Of a stretch of 64,000 nucleotides of DNA, positions 1 to 9,572 are shown one piece after another. This stretch comes from an uncultured Ignavibacteriaceae bacterium (GTDB lineage: Bacteria > Bacteroidota > Ignavibacteria > Tepidaquicellales > Tepidaquicellaceae). A program made the translations under genes and the position numbers. Location: NCBI GenBank assembly GCA_964472195.1, contig CAYYJH010000001.1, positions 10,461 through 74,460 on the forward strand, in the 5' to 3' direction. The notes beneath the pieces are model-generated. The model saw nothing but the letters and a program-made list of their open reading frames with translations. It ran no database searches and was not told the origin of the DNA. Within the stretch, counting starts at the first letter, position 1; every line of letters begins with the position of its first letter.

Positions 1-2
1 AT

Positions 3-713
3 GGTGTAAAAATTATATACGATGCTGCTCATGCAGTGTTTTCATCTTATAAAGGTGAAATGGTTGGACAATTTGGTGAAGCGTCTTGTTTTAGTTTTTA
101 TGCAACTAAAAATATCACGACGGGGGATGGTGGAATAATTACAACTAATAATGATGAATTTGCTGAACAATGCCGGTTATGGTCTTACCATGGATTGCCG
201 AAAGATTCATGGAAAAGGTATTCTGCTGAAAATGCAAGTCCCCATGTTCAATCGGTTGTCCCGGGATATAAATTTAATATGACTGATTTACAAGCAGCGG
301 TAGGACTTGCTCAATTGAGACGGAAAGATGAATTTATTCAGAAGCGTAATGAACTCATTGAACATTATAATTATTTATTTGATAATGTTAGTTTTATCGA
401 AACCCCGGTACATAATACAGATTATGGTCAATGGGGAAATCATGTTTATGTAATAAAGCTGCTTGATGAATCTATTGACAGGGATCAATTTATGCAAAAG
501 TTGAGAGAGTATAACATCGGTACAAATCTGCATTTTTATCCCGTGCATAAAAATTTATATTACATGCATAAATATCCTGATGTTGTACTTCCGAATTCGG
601 AATGGTTGATGAACAGGATATTAACTTTACCTTTATGTACTAAATACTCCGAGCAAGATATAGAGTATGTTGTCGAAGCAGTAAAAGAAGTTTACAAAAA
701 ATTAGAAAATTAA
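3..713 (+). CDS. DegT/DnrJ/EryC1/StrS-family PLP-dependent sugar aminotransferase, 3' portion only (5' end lies upstream of the window)
   Basis: The frame is open from base 3 (GVKIIYDAAHAV...), so the GTG at 36 in the ORF track is not the real start. DAAHA, SFYATKNITTGDGG (PLP-lysine region) and WSYHG are family-typical motifs. Confidence 0.85.
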   Translation, partial: GVKIIYDAAHAVFSSYKGEMVGQFGEASCFSFYATKNITTGDGGIITTNNDEFAEQCRLWSYHGLPKDSWKRYSAENASPHVQSVVPGYKFNMTDLQAAVGLAQLRRKDEFIQKRNELIEHYNYLFDNVSFIETPVHNTDYGQWGNHVYVIKLLDESIDRDQFMQKLREYNIGTNLHFYPVHKNLYYMHKYPDVVLPNSEWLMNRILTLPLCTKYSEQDIEYVVEAVKEVYKKLEN

Positions 714-794
714 TTTGAAACAATAAAACAATTTGTATTCATTTTATTTAGAATGAAGTGTTAGATAATTTTTTAAGAAAAAAATATAGGTAAA

Positions 795-1532
795 ATGTTT
801 TTCTCTAAGTTTAGAACCGATATTAATTCTTCACCTTACAACACATTAAGAAAAATTATAAATGGAGAAGAAGCTATTACATTTGTCGATGTAGGTGCTA
901 ATACAGGTCAGTCTATTGATCTTGTAAGGAAGGATTTTAAAAATGCTAAGATATATTCTTTTGAACCAACACCCGATTTAGTAAAACAGCTTGAAGACAA
1001 ATATAAAAAAGATACTGGAGTCAAAATTTCTGAAAAAGCTCTAGCTGATTTTGATGGTGAATCGAAGTTCTATGTTTCAACTTATTCACCAACAAATTCT
1101 ATGTTAGTACCCGATATAGAATTGTATACTGAAATCCACAGCGATAGAGCGGATGATTTGAAGAATCTTAAAGAAATAATTGTACCCGTGACAACTTTAA
1201 GTAATTGGTATAAAGCAAACAATTTTACTGAAAGAATAGACGTTCTTAAGATTGATACTCAGGGAACAGAATTGCAAGTGCTTAAGGGAGCAGAAGAGCT
1301 TTTGACAGATAAAATAAAAATAATTATTCTTGAAGTTCAGTTTGTGAACTTTTACAAAGGGTCCCCTCCATATTATAAGATCTTTGAGTTTTTATATAAT
1401 CACGAGTTCAACCTTTTAGATTTTTTCAATAACATGAGATTGAATGATCTCGAAATTATTGAAAGCGATCTCATTTTTTTAAAAAGAGATTATTTTGATC
1501 TAAAATATATTAGCGATATTAACAAGCGTTAG
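795..1532 (+). CDS. FkbM-family SAM-dependent methyltransferase
   Basis: VGANTGQS glycine loop, FEP, and LKIDTQGTELQVLKGAEELL, the hallmark FkbM (Methyltransf_21) block. Confidence 0.8.
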   Translation: MFFSKFRTDINSSPYNTLRKIINGEEAITFVDVGANTGQSIDLVRKDFKNAKIYSFEPTPDLVKQLEDKYKKDTGVKISEKALADFDGESKFYVSTYSPTNSMLVPDIELYTEIHSDRADDLKNLKEIIVPVTTLSNWYKANNFTERIDVLKIDTQGTELQVLKGAEELLTDKIKIIILEVQFVNFYKGSPPYYKIFEFLYNHEFNLLDFFNNMRLNDLEIIESDLIFLKRDYFDLKYISDINKR

Positions 1533-1559
1533 TGCTTGTCAATTTAAATTATTCTATTA

Positions 1560-2282
1560 TTGATTAAAGTGTTAAAGAGAAAAATTTTAAATATAATTCT
1601 AAAGCGTTCGAGGGATCCTAATCTTACTGAGTTTAATATAAAGAAATTTTTCAAAAATGATTCCGAGTTATTATCTTCCTGCTACTCAGAAAATAAAGCA
1701 AGGGCTTTGGTTTATGTTATAAAAGAAACAGTAAATGAGATTGATGGTGATATAGCTGAGTGCGGAGTATACAGAGCAGGAGGGACGATAATCCTTGCTA
1801 AAGTACTAAAAAAATTTAATTCAGATAAAAGGATTTATGCATTTGATTCATTTGAAGGTATGCCTGAAGCAACTGATGTAGACAAAATGAAAAATGGCGA
1901 CGTGTTTTACAAAAAAGGAGTCCTTGCAGCTACAAGTCTTGATTATGTTAACTCTAAAGCAAAATATTACAAAGTTGATAATTATATAAATTTTGTTAAG
2001 GGCTATTTCGAAAATACCCTGAGTATAACAATCAAACCGGAGCATAAATTCTGTGCGGTGGTTATTGATCCAGACCAGTACTTGGGAACAAAATACTGCT
2101 TAGAATTTTTTTACGATAAAGTTTTACCGGGAGGGCATATTATTATTGATGATTATGATATAGAGGATAAGCAAAAAGCAGATACCCCGGGAGTAAAATT
2201 TGCTGCTGATGAGTTTTTAAGAAATAAAAAGGAAAAGTTAATTCATCTAGCAGATTCAATGTATTATTTTAAGAAATTATAG
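1560..2282 (+). CDS. TylF/macrocin-O-methyltransferase-family O-methyltransferase
   Basis: ECGVYRAGG, FDSFEGMPE, VIDPDQYLGT and LPGGHIIIDDY motifs match the TylF family. TTG start, so the start is uncertain. Confidence 0.8.
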   Translation: MIKVLKRKILNIILKRSRDPNLTEFNIKKFFKNDSELLSSCYSENKARALVYVIKETVNEIDGDIAECGVYRAGGTIILAKVLKKFNSDKRIYAFDSFEGMPEATDVDKMKNGDVFYKKGVLAATSLDYVNSKAKYYKVDNYINFVKGYFENTLSITIKPEHKFCAVVIDPDQYLGTKYCLEFFYDKVLPGGHIIIDDYDIEDKQKADTPGVKFAADEFLRNKKEKLIHLADSMYYFKKL

Positions 2283-2302
2283 AAAGTTTACAATAAGTTG
2301 AT

Positions 2303-3253
2303 ATGAAAAATAAAATTTTAATAACAGGTGGTGCTGGCAATATTGGTTCATTCATTGTTGATCAATGCGTTGAACTTGGACATGATGTTGTAGTTGTTGA
2401 TAATTTTTATAACGGTAAGTTCAGAAACATTGAAAAGCATTTGTCCTCGAAAAGAATCGAATTAGAGACTATTGATATAGGTAATTGGGAAATGGTAAAA
2501 TATGTTTTCGATAAACACAAACCGGAATTTGTTTCTCACCAGGCGTCGCTGATGATAATGGATTCAAACAAGTTTCCCAGAAAATCAATCGAGACAAATA
2601 TTGAGGGGACGTTTAATATAATACAAGCATGTTCTGATTATGGTGTAAAAAAACTAACTTATGGTTCTTCGGCATCTGTGTATGGTAACCCACGGTTTGT
2701 CCCGGTTACCGAAGATCATCCGTTTGATAATCAGACACTTTATGGTGCTACAAAAATTGCAAAAGAAGCACTAATGCATTCGTGGGCTTTTTCGCATAAC
2801 GTGCCGTTTGTTGGTTTCCGTTATTTTAATATTTACAGTGAAAGACAGGGTTTGGGAGCATTTTATACACAGGTGTTTCAAAAATGGATTCATGCTATTC
2901 ATGAAGACAGGGAAATCATTATGTACGGTGATGGGGAACAAACAATGGATCTTGTTCATTCGTACGATGCCGCAAAGGCTAACGTACTTGCTATGTTCAA
3001 TGATAATGTGAAGAATGAACATTTTAATGTTGGAACGGGTAAAGAAACAAGCTTGAAGGAGTTGCTCTCAATTATAGAAAATCTTATGTCTAAAAAAGCA
3101 AAAGTGAAACATGTAGAAAGTGATCCTCACCTTGTTAAAAGGAGATGTGCATCAATAGAAAAAATTGCGAATCAATTAGATTTCAAACCAACCGTAAATG
3201 TTAAGGAAGGAACAAAAAGATATATCGATAATCTATTGGAAGGCAAAATCTAA
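2303..3253 (+). CDS. NAD-dependent sugar-nucleotide epimerase/dehydratase (extended SDR)
   Basis: N-terminal ILITGGAGNIGS Rossmann motif, catalytic YGATK, about 316 aa. Confidence 0.85.
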   Translation: MKNKILITGGAGNIGSFIVDQCVELGHDVVVVDNFYNGKFRNIEKHLSSKRIELETIDIGNWEMVKYVFDKHKPEFVSHQASLMIMDSNKFPRKSIETNIEGTFNIIQACSDYGVKKLTYGSSASVYGNPRFVPVTEDHPFDNQTLYGATKIAKEALMHSWAFSHNVPFVGFRYFNIYSERQGLGAFYTQVFQKWIHAIHEDREIIMYGDGEQTMDLVHSYDAAKANVLAMFNDNVKNEHFNVGTGKETSLKELLSIIENLMSKKAKVKHVESDPHLVKRRCASIEKIANQLDFKPTVNVKEGTKRYIDNLLEGKI

Positions 3254-4263
3254 TGTTGTTTAATAAAAAACATATTTATTTGAGATCACCCTTAAGGATT
3301 AGCTTTGTAGGTGGTGGAACTGATCTTGAATCATTTTATGAGAAGGGTGTTCCCGGACATGTAATATCATCAACAACGGACCTTTATGTTTATGTATCGA
3401 TAAAAGATATGTTCGATTCAAACGTACGGGTTCATCATTCGGAGATTGAAACTGAACCGATTACAAGTCGTATTCGGCACATTTATTCAAAGACTGCTCT
3501 TGAACATTTTGGAATGTTCAAGGGTTCAGAGGTCGTGATCACTTCGGATGTAATGACAACTGGTAGTGGTCTTGGTGCTTCATCTTCAATGATGAGTGCA
3601 TTATTAAAAGGTTGTTCCGAAATGAGAGGTAAGAAGATCAAAGATAATTATAAACTCGCAGAACTCACTTTTAAATTAGAGCATGCTGCTGGTACAATCG
3701 GTGGCCGCCAGGATCAATATGCAGCAACTTTTGGAGGATTGAATTCTATCACTTTTTCCAAAGAAAAAATAAAAGTTACTCCCGTAAAAATTTCAAACAC
3801 TAAACTTAAAGATTTTGAGGATAGGCTGTTTTTAATATTTACAAACATAGCAAGAGCTTCGAAGGATATTCAAATGCAGTTACAGGACAACAGCAGGAAT
3901 GACAATAAAAATTACTATTTCGAGAACCTATTAAATCTTTCGTATGAATTTCTTAAAACACTTCAATCAAAAAATTCTAAAATAGATGATATTGGCAAAA
4001 TACTTCACGAAGCGTGGCTTTTGAAAAAGAGAACTAATAAAAGATCTACTAATCCATACATTGATCAACTTTATGATAGTTTGCGTAAGAAAGGAGTTAC
4101 AGGCGGAAAAATTCTTGGTGCCGGTGGTGGAGGTTTCTTCCTAGCTTTTGCGAAGGATCCCGATGTTAAAAAGAAGATAAAGTATACACTTTATCCAAAT
4201 TTTATAACTCTTGATGTTAAATTCAGTAAAAAAGGTACTGAGGTATTATGGAAGAATTTTTAG
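3253..4263 (+). CDS. GHMP-family sugar kinase, HddA-like (paralog 1)
   Basis: PLRISFVGGGTDL, TTGSGLGASSS (GHMP motif II) and GGKILGAGGGGF (motif III). TAATG stop/start overlap with the upstream SDR gene. Confidence 0.85.
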   Translation: MLFNKKHIYLRSPLRISFVGGGTDLESFYEKGVPGHVISSTTDLYVYVSIKDMFDSNVRVHHSEIETEPITSRIRHIYSKTALEHFGMFKGSEVVITSDVMTTGSGLGASSSMMSALLKGCSEMRGKKIKDNYKLAELTFKLEHAAGTIGGRQDQYAATFGGLNSITFSKEKIKVTPVKISNTKLKDFEDRLFLIFTNIARASKDIQMQLQDNSRNDNKNYYFENLLNLSYEFLKTLQSKNSKIDDIGKILHEAWLLKKRTNKRSTNPYIDQLYDSLRKKGVTGGKILGAGGGGFFLAFAKDPDVKKKIKYTLYPNFITLDVKFSKKGTEVLWKNF

Positions 4264-4919
4264 GCGTTTTGTTCTGCGGTGGCAGAGGAACAAGATTAGG
4301 TGAACTTACAAATTATATCTCGAAATCGTTTATACCAATTTATGATAAACCGGTTTTCAAATTTGGATTGGAGCTTCTTGAAAGATCAAAGATTGTTGAA
4401 GAAATTGTATTATTAACTAATACAGTAAATAATGAAAGATTGAGTACATTAGGTTATAGAACAATCATACAGAATGATGATGTAGTTAATGATATGTTTT
4501 CGGGTTGGGAGTATATAAAAGATAAAACAAAAACAAAGAAGAATGGTGTTCTAATGCCAAGCGATAATATCTCAAATGTAAAAACGGACGGTCTTATAGA
4601 TTATTTTTTAAAACAGAAAGCTGATATTGGTTTTTCACTTTTTACAATAGGTGATAAGGTTAAACTTTCCCAGATGGGTTGTTTCAATGTTGATGAGAGT
4701 AAGTATTATTATAAAAGCAAGTTTCTTAAAACTAACAAGGGTGTTATTGCACCATTCATAATCAGGAATAGTATTTTAGTTACGGACTTTGATCACGCTG
4801 TAGATTATGCAAAAGTTATATACAGAGAACACAATGGATACTGGTTTGATATAGGAGATAAGGACAGTATTTTAGAAGCATCAAAATGGAGAGAACAGTG
4901 TGTAAAGGGTAAAAGATAA
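4248..4919 (+). CDS. Sugar-1-phosphate nucleotidyltransferase (HddC/RmlA-like)
   Basis: N-terminal GVLFCGGRGTRLGELT pyrophosphorylase loop (GxGtRL). Overlaps the kinase gene by 16 nt. Confidence 0.75.
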   Translation: MEEFLGVLFCGGRGTRLGELTNYISKSFIPIYDKPVFKFGLELLERSKIVEEIVLLTNTVNNERLSTLGYRTIIQNDDVVNDMFSGWEYIKDKTKTKKNGVLMPSDNISNVKTDGLIDYFLKQKADIGFSLFTIGDKVKLSQMGCFNVDESKYYYKSKFLKTNKGVIAPFIIRNSILVTDFDHAVDYAKVIYREHNGYWFDIGDKDSILEASKWREQCVKGKR

Positions 4920-4972
4920 AACCTAAAATGAATTTGTTGAATACTGGATTATAAAAAAAATCAAATTTTTTT

Positions 4973-6283
4973 TTGAGATATATAATCAATTTTTTTTCAA
5001 AGTTAGGTGTCGATACGATATCGAAGCTATTGAGTTTAATAGCTTTACCAATTATCACAAGAAGTTTAGGACCTGATGGGTATGGAAAATTTGTTTATTT
5101 AACTATAGTTCTTTCTTATTTCGGTTTTTTTGTTGACTTCGGTTATATTAATTACGGAACGAATGAAATATTTAAAAGGAAAAGCTCAAATGAGGTTGTT
5201 AATAGTATTGTAGCGTTGCGATTGATAACGGCTTTAATCTCTATAGTGTTAATATTCATTGCAGGATATTTTTTGTTTGATGAATCTTTTTATGTTTTAC
5301 TTTTGATTTATTCTGCAAGTTTTTTCTTTCAGGCATTTTCGATTAAGTATTATTTTCTTGCGCATCAAAGATTATATTATAATTCTTTATCTGAATTAGT
5401 TGGTCAGGTTATATTTGTAATTTCTATCTTCATAATATTTATATATTCGGCAAGTGTTTTTACACTAGTTTTACTGACTTTATTGCAGACACTTATAAGT
5501 TCTTTAATGTTGATAATTCCGTATTATAAAAAGTATAAATTTAAATTTAATTTTAGTTTAAAAGAAAATCTTTTGATTTTTAAAAACTCTTCTAAGCTTG
5601 GTTTCGCAGCGAAGTTTGAAGGATTAACAGTATCGTTTATACCGTTTCTTTTGGGAATACTTATATCGGAACAAGCTGTTGGAATTTTCGGGGTCCCTTT
5701 AAGGATATTTTTAGCATTGCTTGCTGTCGTTCAGGGTATAAGTATGACATTAATGCCGGATATTTTTAAAAATTTTAAATATGATATAAAATTTTATATG
5801 AATAGGATTGGATTGTTCTTTTATATTTTTTTTATTGCAGGTTTAATCCTTGCTTTTTTTATTTACTTCGGTTCTGAAATAATAGTATCATTGTTTTTCG
5901 GTAATGAGTTTAGCGAGTCTATAAGTATATTAAAAACATTTTCAATTACAATTATTTTATGGTCTGTATTAATGTTCTTAGGTCTTATTATCATAGCAAT
6001 GAACAGATATACTCATTATTTATATTTAACAGCATGCTCAGCAATTCTTTCTGTTGTGTTTTCACTTGTGTTAATAAACTTGTTCGGATTAACCGGTGCT
6101 GGATTTGTTCTTCCGTTAACAGCTTTCGGCTCTATTGTTTTAGCATTTTATCTTTTATCGGGTTCTTTTAATAATTTAGATTATTCATTTTATAAAATGT
6201 TTTCATTAAGTAATGCAATTGCAGAATTAAAAAATTCTGTATTACAAAAATCAATCAGTAAACATGAAAATGATAGAAATTAA
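4973..6283 (+). CDS. wzx: Wzx-like oligosaccharide flippase (MOP superfamily), copy 1
   Basis: 436-aa polytopic membrane protein. The N-terminal LALPIITRSLGPDGYGKF is typical of polysaccharide-biosynthesis/Wzx proteins. The TTG start sits at the end of a T9 run, so the start is uncertain. Confidence 0.75.
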   Translation: MRYIINFFSKLGVDTISKLLSLIALPIITRSLGPDGYGKFVYLTIVLSYFGFFVDFGYINYGTNEIFKRKSSNEVVNSIVALRLITALISIVLIFIAGYFLFDESFYVLLLIYSASFFFQAFSIKYYFLAHQRLYYNSLSELVGQVIFVISIFIIFIYSASVFTLVLLTLLQTLISSLMLIIPYYKKYKFKFNFSLKENLLIFKNSSKLGFAAKFEGLTVSFIPFLLGILISEQAVGIFGVPLRIFLALLAVVQGISMTLMPDIFKNFKYDIKFYMNRIGLFFYIFFIAGLILAFFIYFGSEIIVSLFFGNEFSESISILKTFSITIILWSVLMFLGLIIIAMNRYTHYLYLTACSAILSVVFSLVLINLFGLTGAGFVLPLTAFGSIVLAFYLLSGSFNNLDYSFYKMFSLSNAIAELKNSVLQKSISKHENDRN

Positions 6284-6288
6284 CAATT

Positions 6289-7173
6289 TTGCTTACAACG
6301 TTGAATAATAATAATTCGATATTGATTTTAGGCGCGAGTGGAATAACAGGGGCTGCGATAGCTAAAAGAATGAGATTAGATTACAATGTTTCAGGAACAT
6401 ACTTCGAGAATGATTATGATGTAGGAATAAAATTGTATAAAAATAATTTAAAGAGTAAAGAGGAATTAGAGAGTCTTTTTAATTTAATAAAACCAGATGT
6501 AGTTATAAATTGTGCAGGAGCAACTTCGATACCGGAATGTGAAAAAGAACCTGAACAAGCTTTCATGCTAAATGTTAGAGCTGTTGAGGATATTTGTATG
6601 CTCGTTGATGATTTTAAAGCTAAAGGGATTTTTTTGTCAACTGATTCAATTTTTTCAGGAGTAAATAAAAAAAGAGATTACATTGAAGAAGATTTTGCGG
6701 AACCCAGAACAATTTATGGAAAAACAAAGTTAGAGGGTGAAGCTATGGTAAAAAAATATCTTAATGATTATTTAATTCTAAGAATATCACTTGTGTATGG
6801 AAAAAGCCCTTCCGGAATTAGGAGTGCAGATGAGAAAGTGATAAATAGTTTTAAAAGGAATAATAATTATAAAGCATTCACGGATGAGTTCAGATGTCCA
6901 ACATCAGTTGATGATATTGCAGAAGTAGTCGTTAGATTACTCGGAGGGAATCATCAAGGTACTTTTAATGTATGCGGTCCCGTGAAAGTCAGCAGGTATG
7001 AGTTCGCTTGCGGGGTTGCTAAAAAGAACGGCTTCTCCGAAGACAATGTAACTCCTATTCTGCTTGCTGAGAGCCCTGACAGGGATATTAGATCACCTGA
7101 TCTGGGAATGAATTGTGAAAAGCTGAATAAAGCAATTAACTATAAAATGAATTATCACTATAATATAAACTGA
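6289..7173 (+). CDS. RmlD-like NAD(P)-dependent sugar-nucleotide reductase
   Basis: ILILGASGITG Rossmann motif, YGKTKLEGE catalytic YxxxK, about 290 aa as in dTDP-4-dehydrorhamnose reductase-type proteins. TTG start. Confidence 0.7.
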   Translation: MLTTLNNNNSILILGASGITGAAIAKRMRLDYNVSGTYFENDYDVGIKLYKNNLKSKEELESLFNLIKPDVVINCAGATSIPECEKEPEQAFMLNVRAVEDICMLVDDFKAKGIFLSTDSIFSGVNKKRDYIEEDFAEPRTIYGKTKLEGEAMVKKYLNDYLILRISLVYGKSPSGIRSADEKVINSFKRNNNYKAFTDEFRCPTSVDDIAEVVVRLLGGNHQGTFNVCGPVKVSRYEFACGVAKKNGFSEDNVTPILLAESPDRDIRSPDLGMNCEKLNKAINYKMNYHYNIN

Positions 7174-7229
7174 CGTGCTTTAAAGAAATTATTTTATAAA
7201 ATTTTAGTATTAATTAAATATAACACTCA

Positions 7230-7760
7230 ATGTTAAAAGGAGAAAAAATAACTTTAAGACCACTGAATATCGAAGATGCAAAGCACACATTGGAATTAAG
7301 ATATGATGTTGAAGCTAATAAATCTTTAATAGCTTATCCATATCCAGTGAATATCGAAAACGAAAGGGAATGGATAGAAAATCTCTACCCAAAAGGTGTT
7401 AGAGAAAATATTTATTTTGCGATTGAAGAAAATACAAGTAATAAATTTGTTGGTTATTTAAGTTTGCAGAAAATAAATTATATAAATAGGAATGGTAATT
7501 TTGGTGTTATATTATTGAAGAAGTTTCGTGGAAAAGGTTACTCAGTTGAAGCAATGAAGTTATTTTTTACTTATGTTTTTAACCAGATTAATTTGAGAAA
7601 GATAAAATTGGAAGTTCTAAAAGAGAACGAGAAAGCTATTAAGATTTATCAAGACCTTGGTTTTAACGAAGAGGGAATTTTAAAAGAGCATATTTATCAG
7701 GACGGAAAGTACAAAGACCTTTTATTAATGAGTCTTTTCTCAAAGGATTTTAATAAATAA
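7230..7760 (+). CDS. GNAT N-acetyltransferase (RimJ/RimL/PseH-like)
   Basis: 176 aa, ITLRPL N-terminus, acetyl-CoA loop FRGKGY, and the general Acetyltransf_3 pattern. Confidence 0.8.
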   Translation: MLKGEKITLRPLNIEDAKHTLELRYDVEANKSLIAYPYPVNIENEREWIENLYPKGVRENIYFAIEENTSNKFVGYLSLQKINYINRNGNFGVILLKKFRGKGYSVEAMKLFFTYVFNQINLRKIKLEVLKENEKAIKIYQDLGFNEEGILKEHIYQDGKYKDLLLMSLFSKDFNK

Positions 7761-7774
7761 GTTAATTTGAGATT

Positions 7775-8464
7775 ATGAACGTAGTGATTATGCAGCCGTT
7801 TTATCTTTTTTTGAGAAAGCATTTTCATCAGGTGAAAAGGGCAGATTTGTATATATTCATGGACGATACTCAATTTGTGAAGAACTCTCATCACAATCGA
7901 AATCGAATAAAATCTCAAAACGGTCTGTTATGGTTGACGGTCCCAGTGTATCATAAAGGAAGATTCGGACAGAAGATAAAAGAAGTTGAAATTGACAACA
8001 ACAAAAGTTGGAGACAAAAGCATTGGCAGAGTATTAAGATGTGTTATTCAAAAGCACCTTATTTTGCGGAATACAAAGATTTTTTTGAGTACGCATATCA
8101 AAAGAAATGGAATAATTTAGCTGAATTAAATATGTATTTAATCAAGAACATTTCTGAGTTGCTCGGAATAAAAGACACTAAATTTCAGAAGTTATCTGAA
8201 CTTAATATAAATAATGAAAATTCGACACAAAGACTGATTAACATTTGTGAAAGTGTTGGAGCTGATAAATATATTATAGGTACACGAGCAAAAGACTACA
8301 TGGAAGAATGGAGATGGGAAAATACTAAAGTAAAACTCGAATATTTTGAACCGGAGTATCCTTCTTACCCCCAGCTATGGGGAGAGTTTCAGGAACATTG
8401 TGCAATAATTGATCTGTTGTTTAATTGCGGTGATAAATCCGGTGAATATATTTGGGGAATATGA
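7775..8464 (+). CDS. WbqC-family protein (function unknown, glycan-locus associated)
   Basis: MQPFYL...DDTQFVKNSHHNRNRIK...LWLTVPV matches the conserved N-terminal block of the WbqC-like family as I recall it. Confidence 0.7.
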   Translation: MNVVIMQPFYLFLRKHFHQVKRADLYIFMDDTQFVKNSHHNRNRIKSQNGLLWLTVPVYHKGRFGQKIKEVEIDNNKSWRQKHWQSIKMCYSKAPYFAEYKDFFEYAYQKKWNNLAELNMYLIKNISELLGIKDTKFQKLSELNINNENSTQRLINICESVGADKYIIGTRAKDYMEEWRWENTKVKLEYFEPEYPSYPQLWGEFQEHCAIIDLLFNCGDKSGEYIWGI

Positions 8465-8509
8465 GATTATAAAAATTAAAGTTTAAATAAGAAACCAGGA
8501 GTACAAAAA

Positions 8510-9571
8510 GTGAAAAGAATTCTAATTACAGGTGGTACAGGTTCGTGGGGACACGAACTTACAAAGCATTTGCTTAAGGATAAACATAACGAGATAATAA
8601 TATATACGAGAGGTGAGCAAAAGCAAGTGGAAATGAAAAGAGAGTTCTATGATTATAAAGACCGTATGTATTTTCTCATTGGAGACGTCAGAAACAACGA
8701 CAGGTTATTGGAGGCTTCGCTAAATGTTGATACAATCTTTCATTTAGCAGCATTGAAGCATGTTCCTGTTTGTGAAGAGAATCCCTGGGAAACCATTCTA
8801 ACTAATATTACCGGAACGAACAATGTTATACAAGCTGCTAAAGCAAACAAAGTTGGTAAAGTTGTATTTGTTTCTACTGATAAAGCGGTCGACCCATTGA
8901 ATGTTTATGGTACTTCGAAAAGTATGGCAGAAAAAATGATCGTTGCGGGGAATAGGAATTCACATCATACAAAATTTATTTGTATAAGAGCTGGTAATGT
9001 ACTCGGTACAAATGGCAGTGTTGTTCCGCTTTTTAGAGAACAGATTATTCATAAGAATGTTATTACAATTACACATCCTGATATGACGAGATTTTTTATA
9101 AGAGTCAGCGATGCGATAAAGTTCGTTCTCAAAGCAACCGATGAAGCGGTGGGGGGTGAGATTTTTGTTGCAAAAATGCCCTCGACTCAAATAACCGACC
9201 TTGCAAAAGTTATGATAAAACATTTCGGGAATGAAAAGACAGGGACAAAAAATATAGGTATCCGACCTGGAGAAAAAGTACACGAGGTTTTAGTTTCAAG
9301 ATACGAAGCAAGCAGAACAATTATTTCGAATAACTGGTATATTGTGCTTCCTATGATTTTTATACCAGCTATCGAAAAGAAATATGACAGATCGAATTAT
9401 GAGTTTATCGAAAAAGAATATTCATCGAAAGAGACAGAGAAGCTGTCACCCGAAGGTATTGAAAAACTTTTGCAGATAAGTGGATTCTTAGAGGATTTAG
9501 GTGAAAAAGAAATAACAACAGAACCCGAAGATCTATTAGAGCTTTTCAGAAAAGAAGGATGGCTTAGGTAA
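8510..9571 (+). CDS. UDP-GlcNAc 4,6-dehydratase-type enzyme (PseB/FlaA1/CapD-like, Polysacc_synt_2)
   Basis: ILITGGTGSWG Rossmann motif, catalytic YGTSKSMAEK. AGGAG lies 8 nt upstream of the GTG start. Confidence 0.85.
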   Translation: MKRILITGGTGSWGHELTKHLLKDKHNEIIIYTRGEQKQVEMKREFYDYKDRMYFLIGDVRNNDRLLEASLNVDTIFHLAALKHVPVCEENPWETILTNITGTNNVIQAAKANKVGKVVFVSTDKAVDPLNVYGTSKSMAEKMIVAGNRNSHHTKFICIRAGNVLGTNGSVVPLFREQIIHKNVITITHPDMTRFFIRVSDAIKFVLKATDEAVGGEIFVAKMPSTQITDLAKVMIKHFGNEKTGTKNIGIRPGEKVHEVLVSRYEASRTIISNNWYIVLPMIFIPAIEKKYDRSNYEFIEKEYSSKETEKLSPEGIEKLLQISGFLEDLGEKEITTEPEDLLELFRKEGWLR

Positions 9572-9572
9572 G

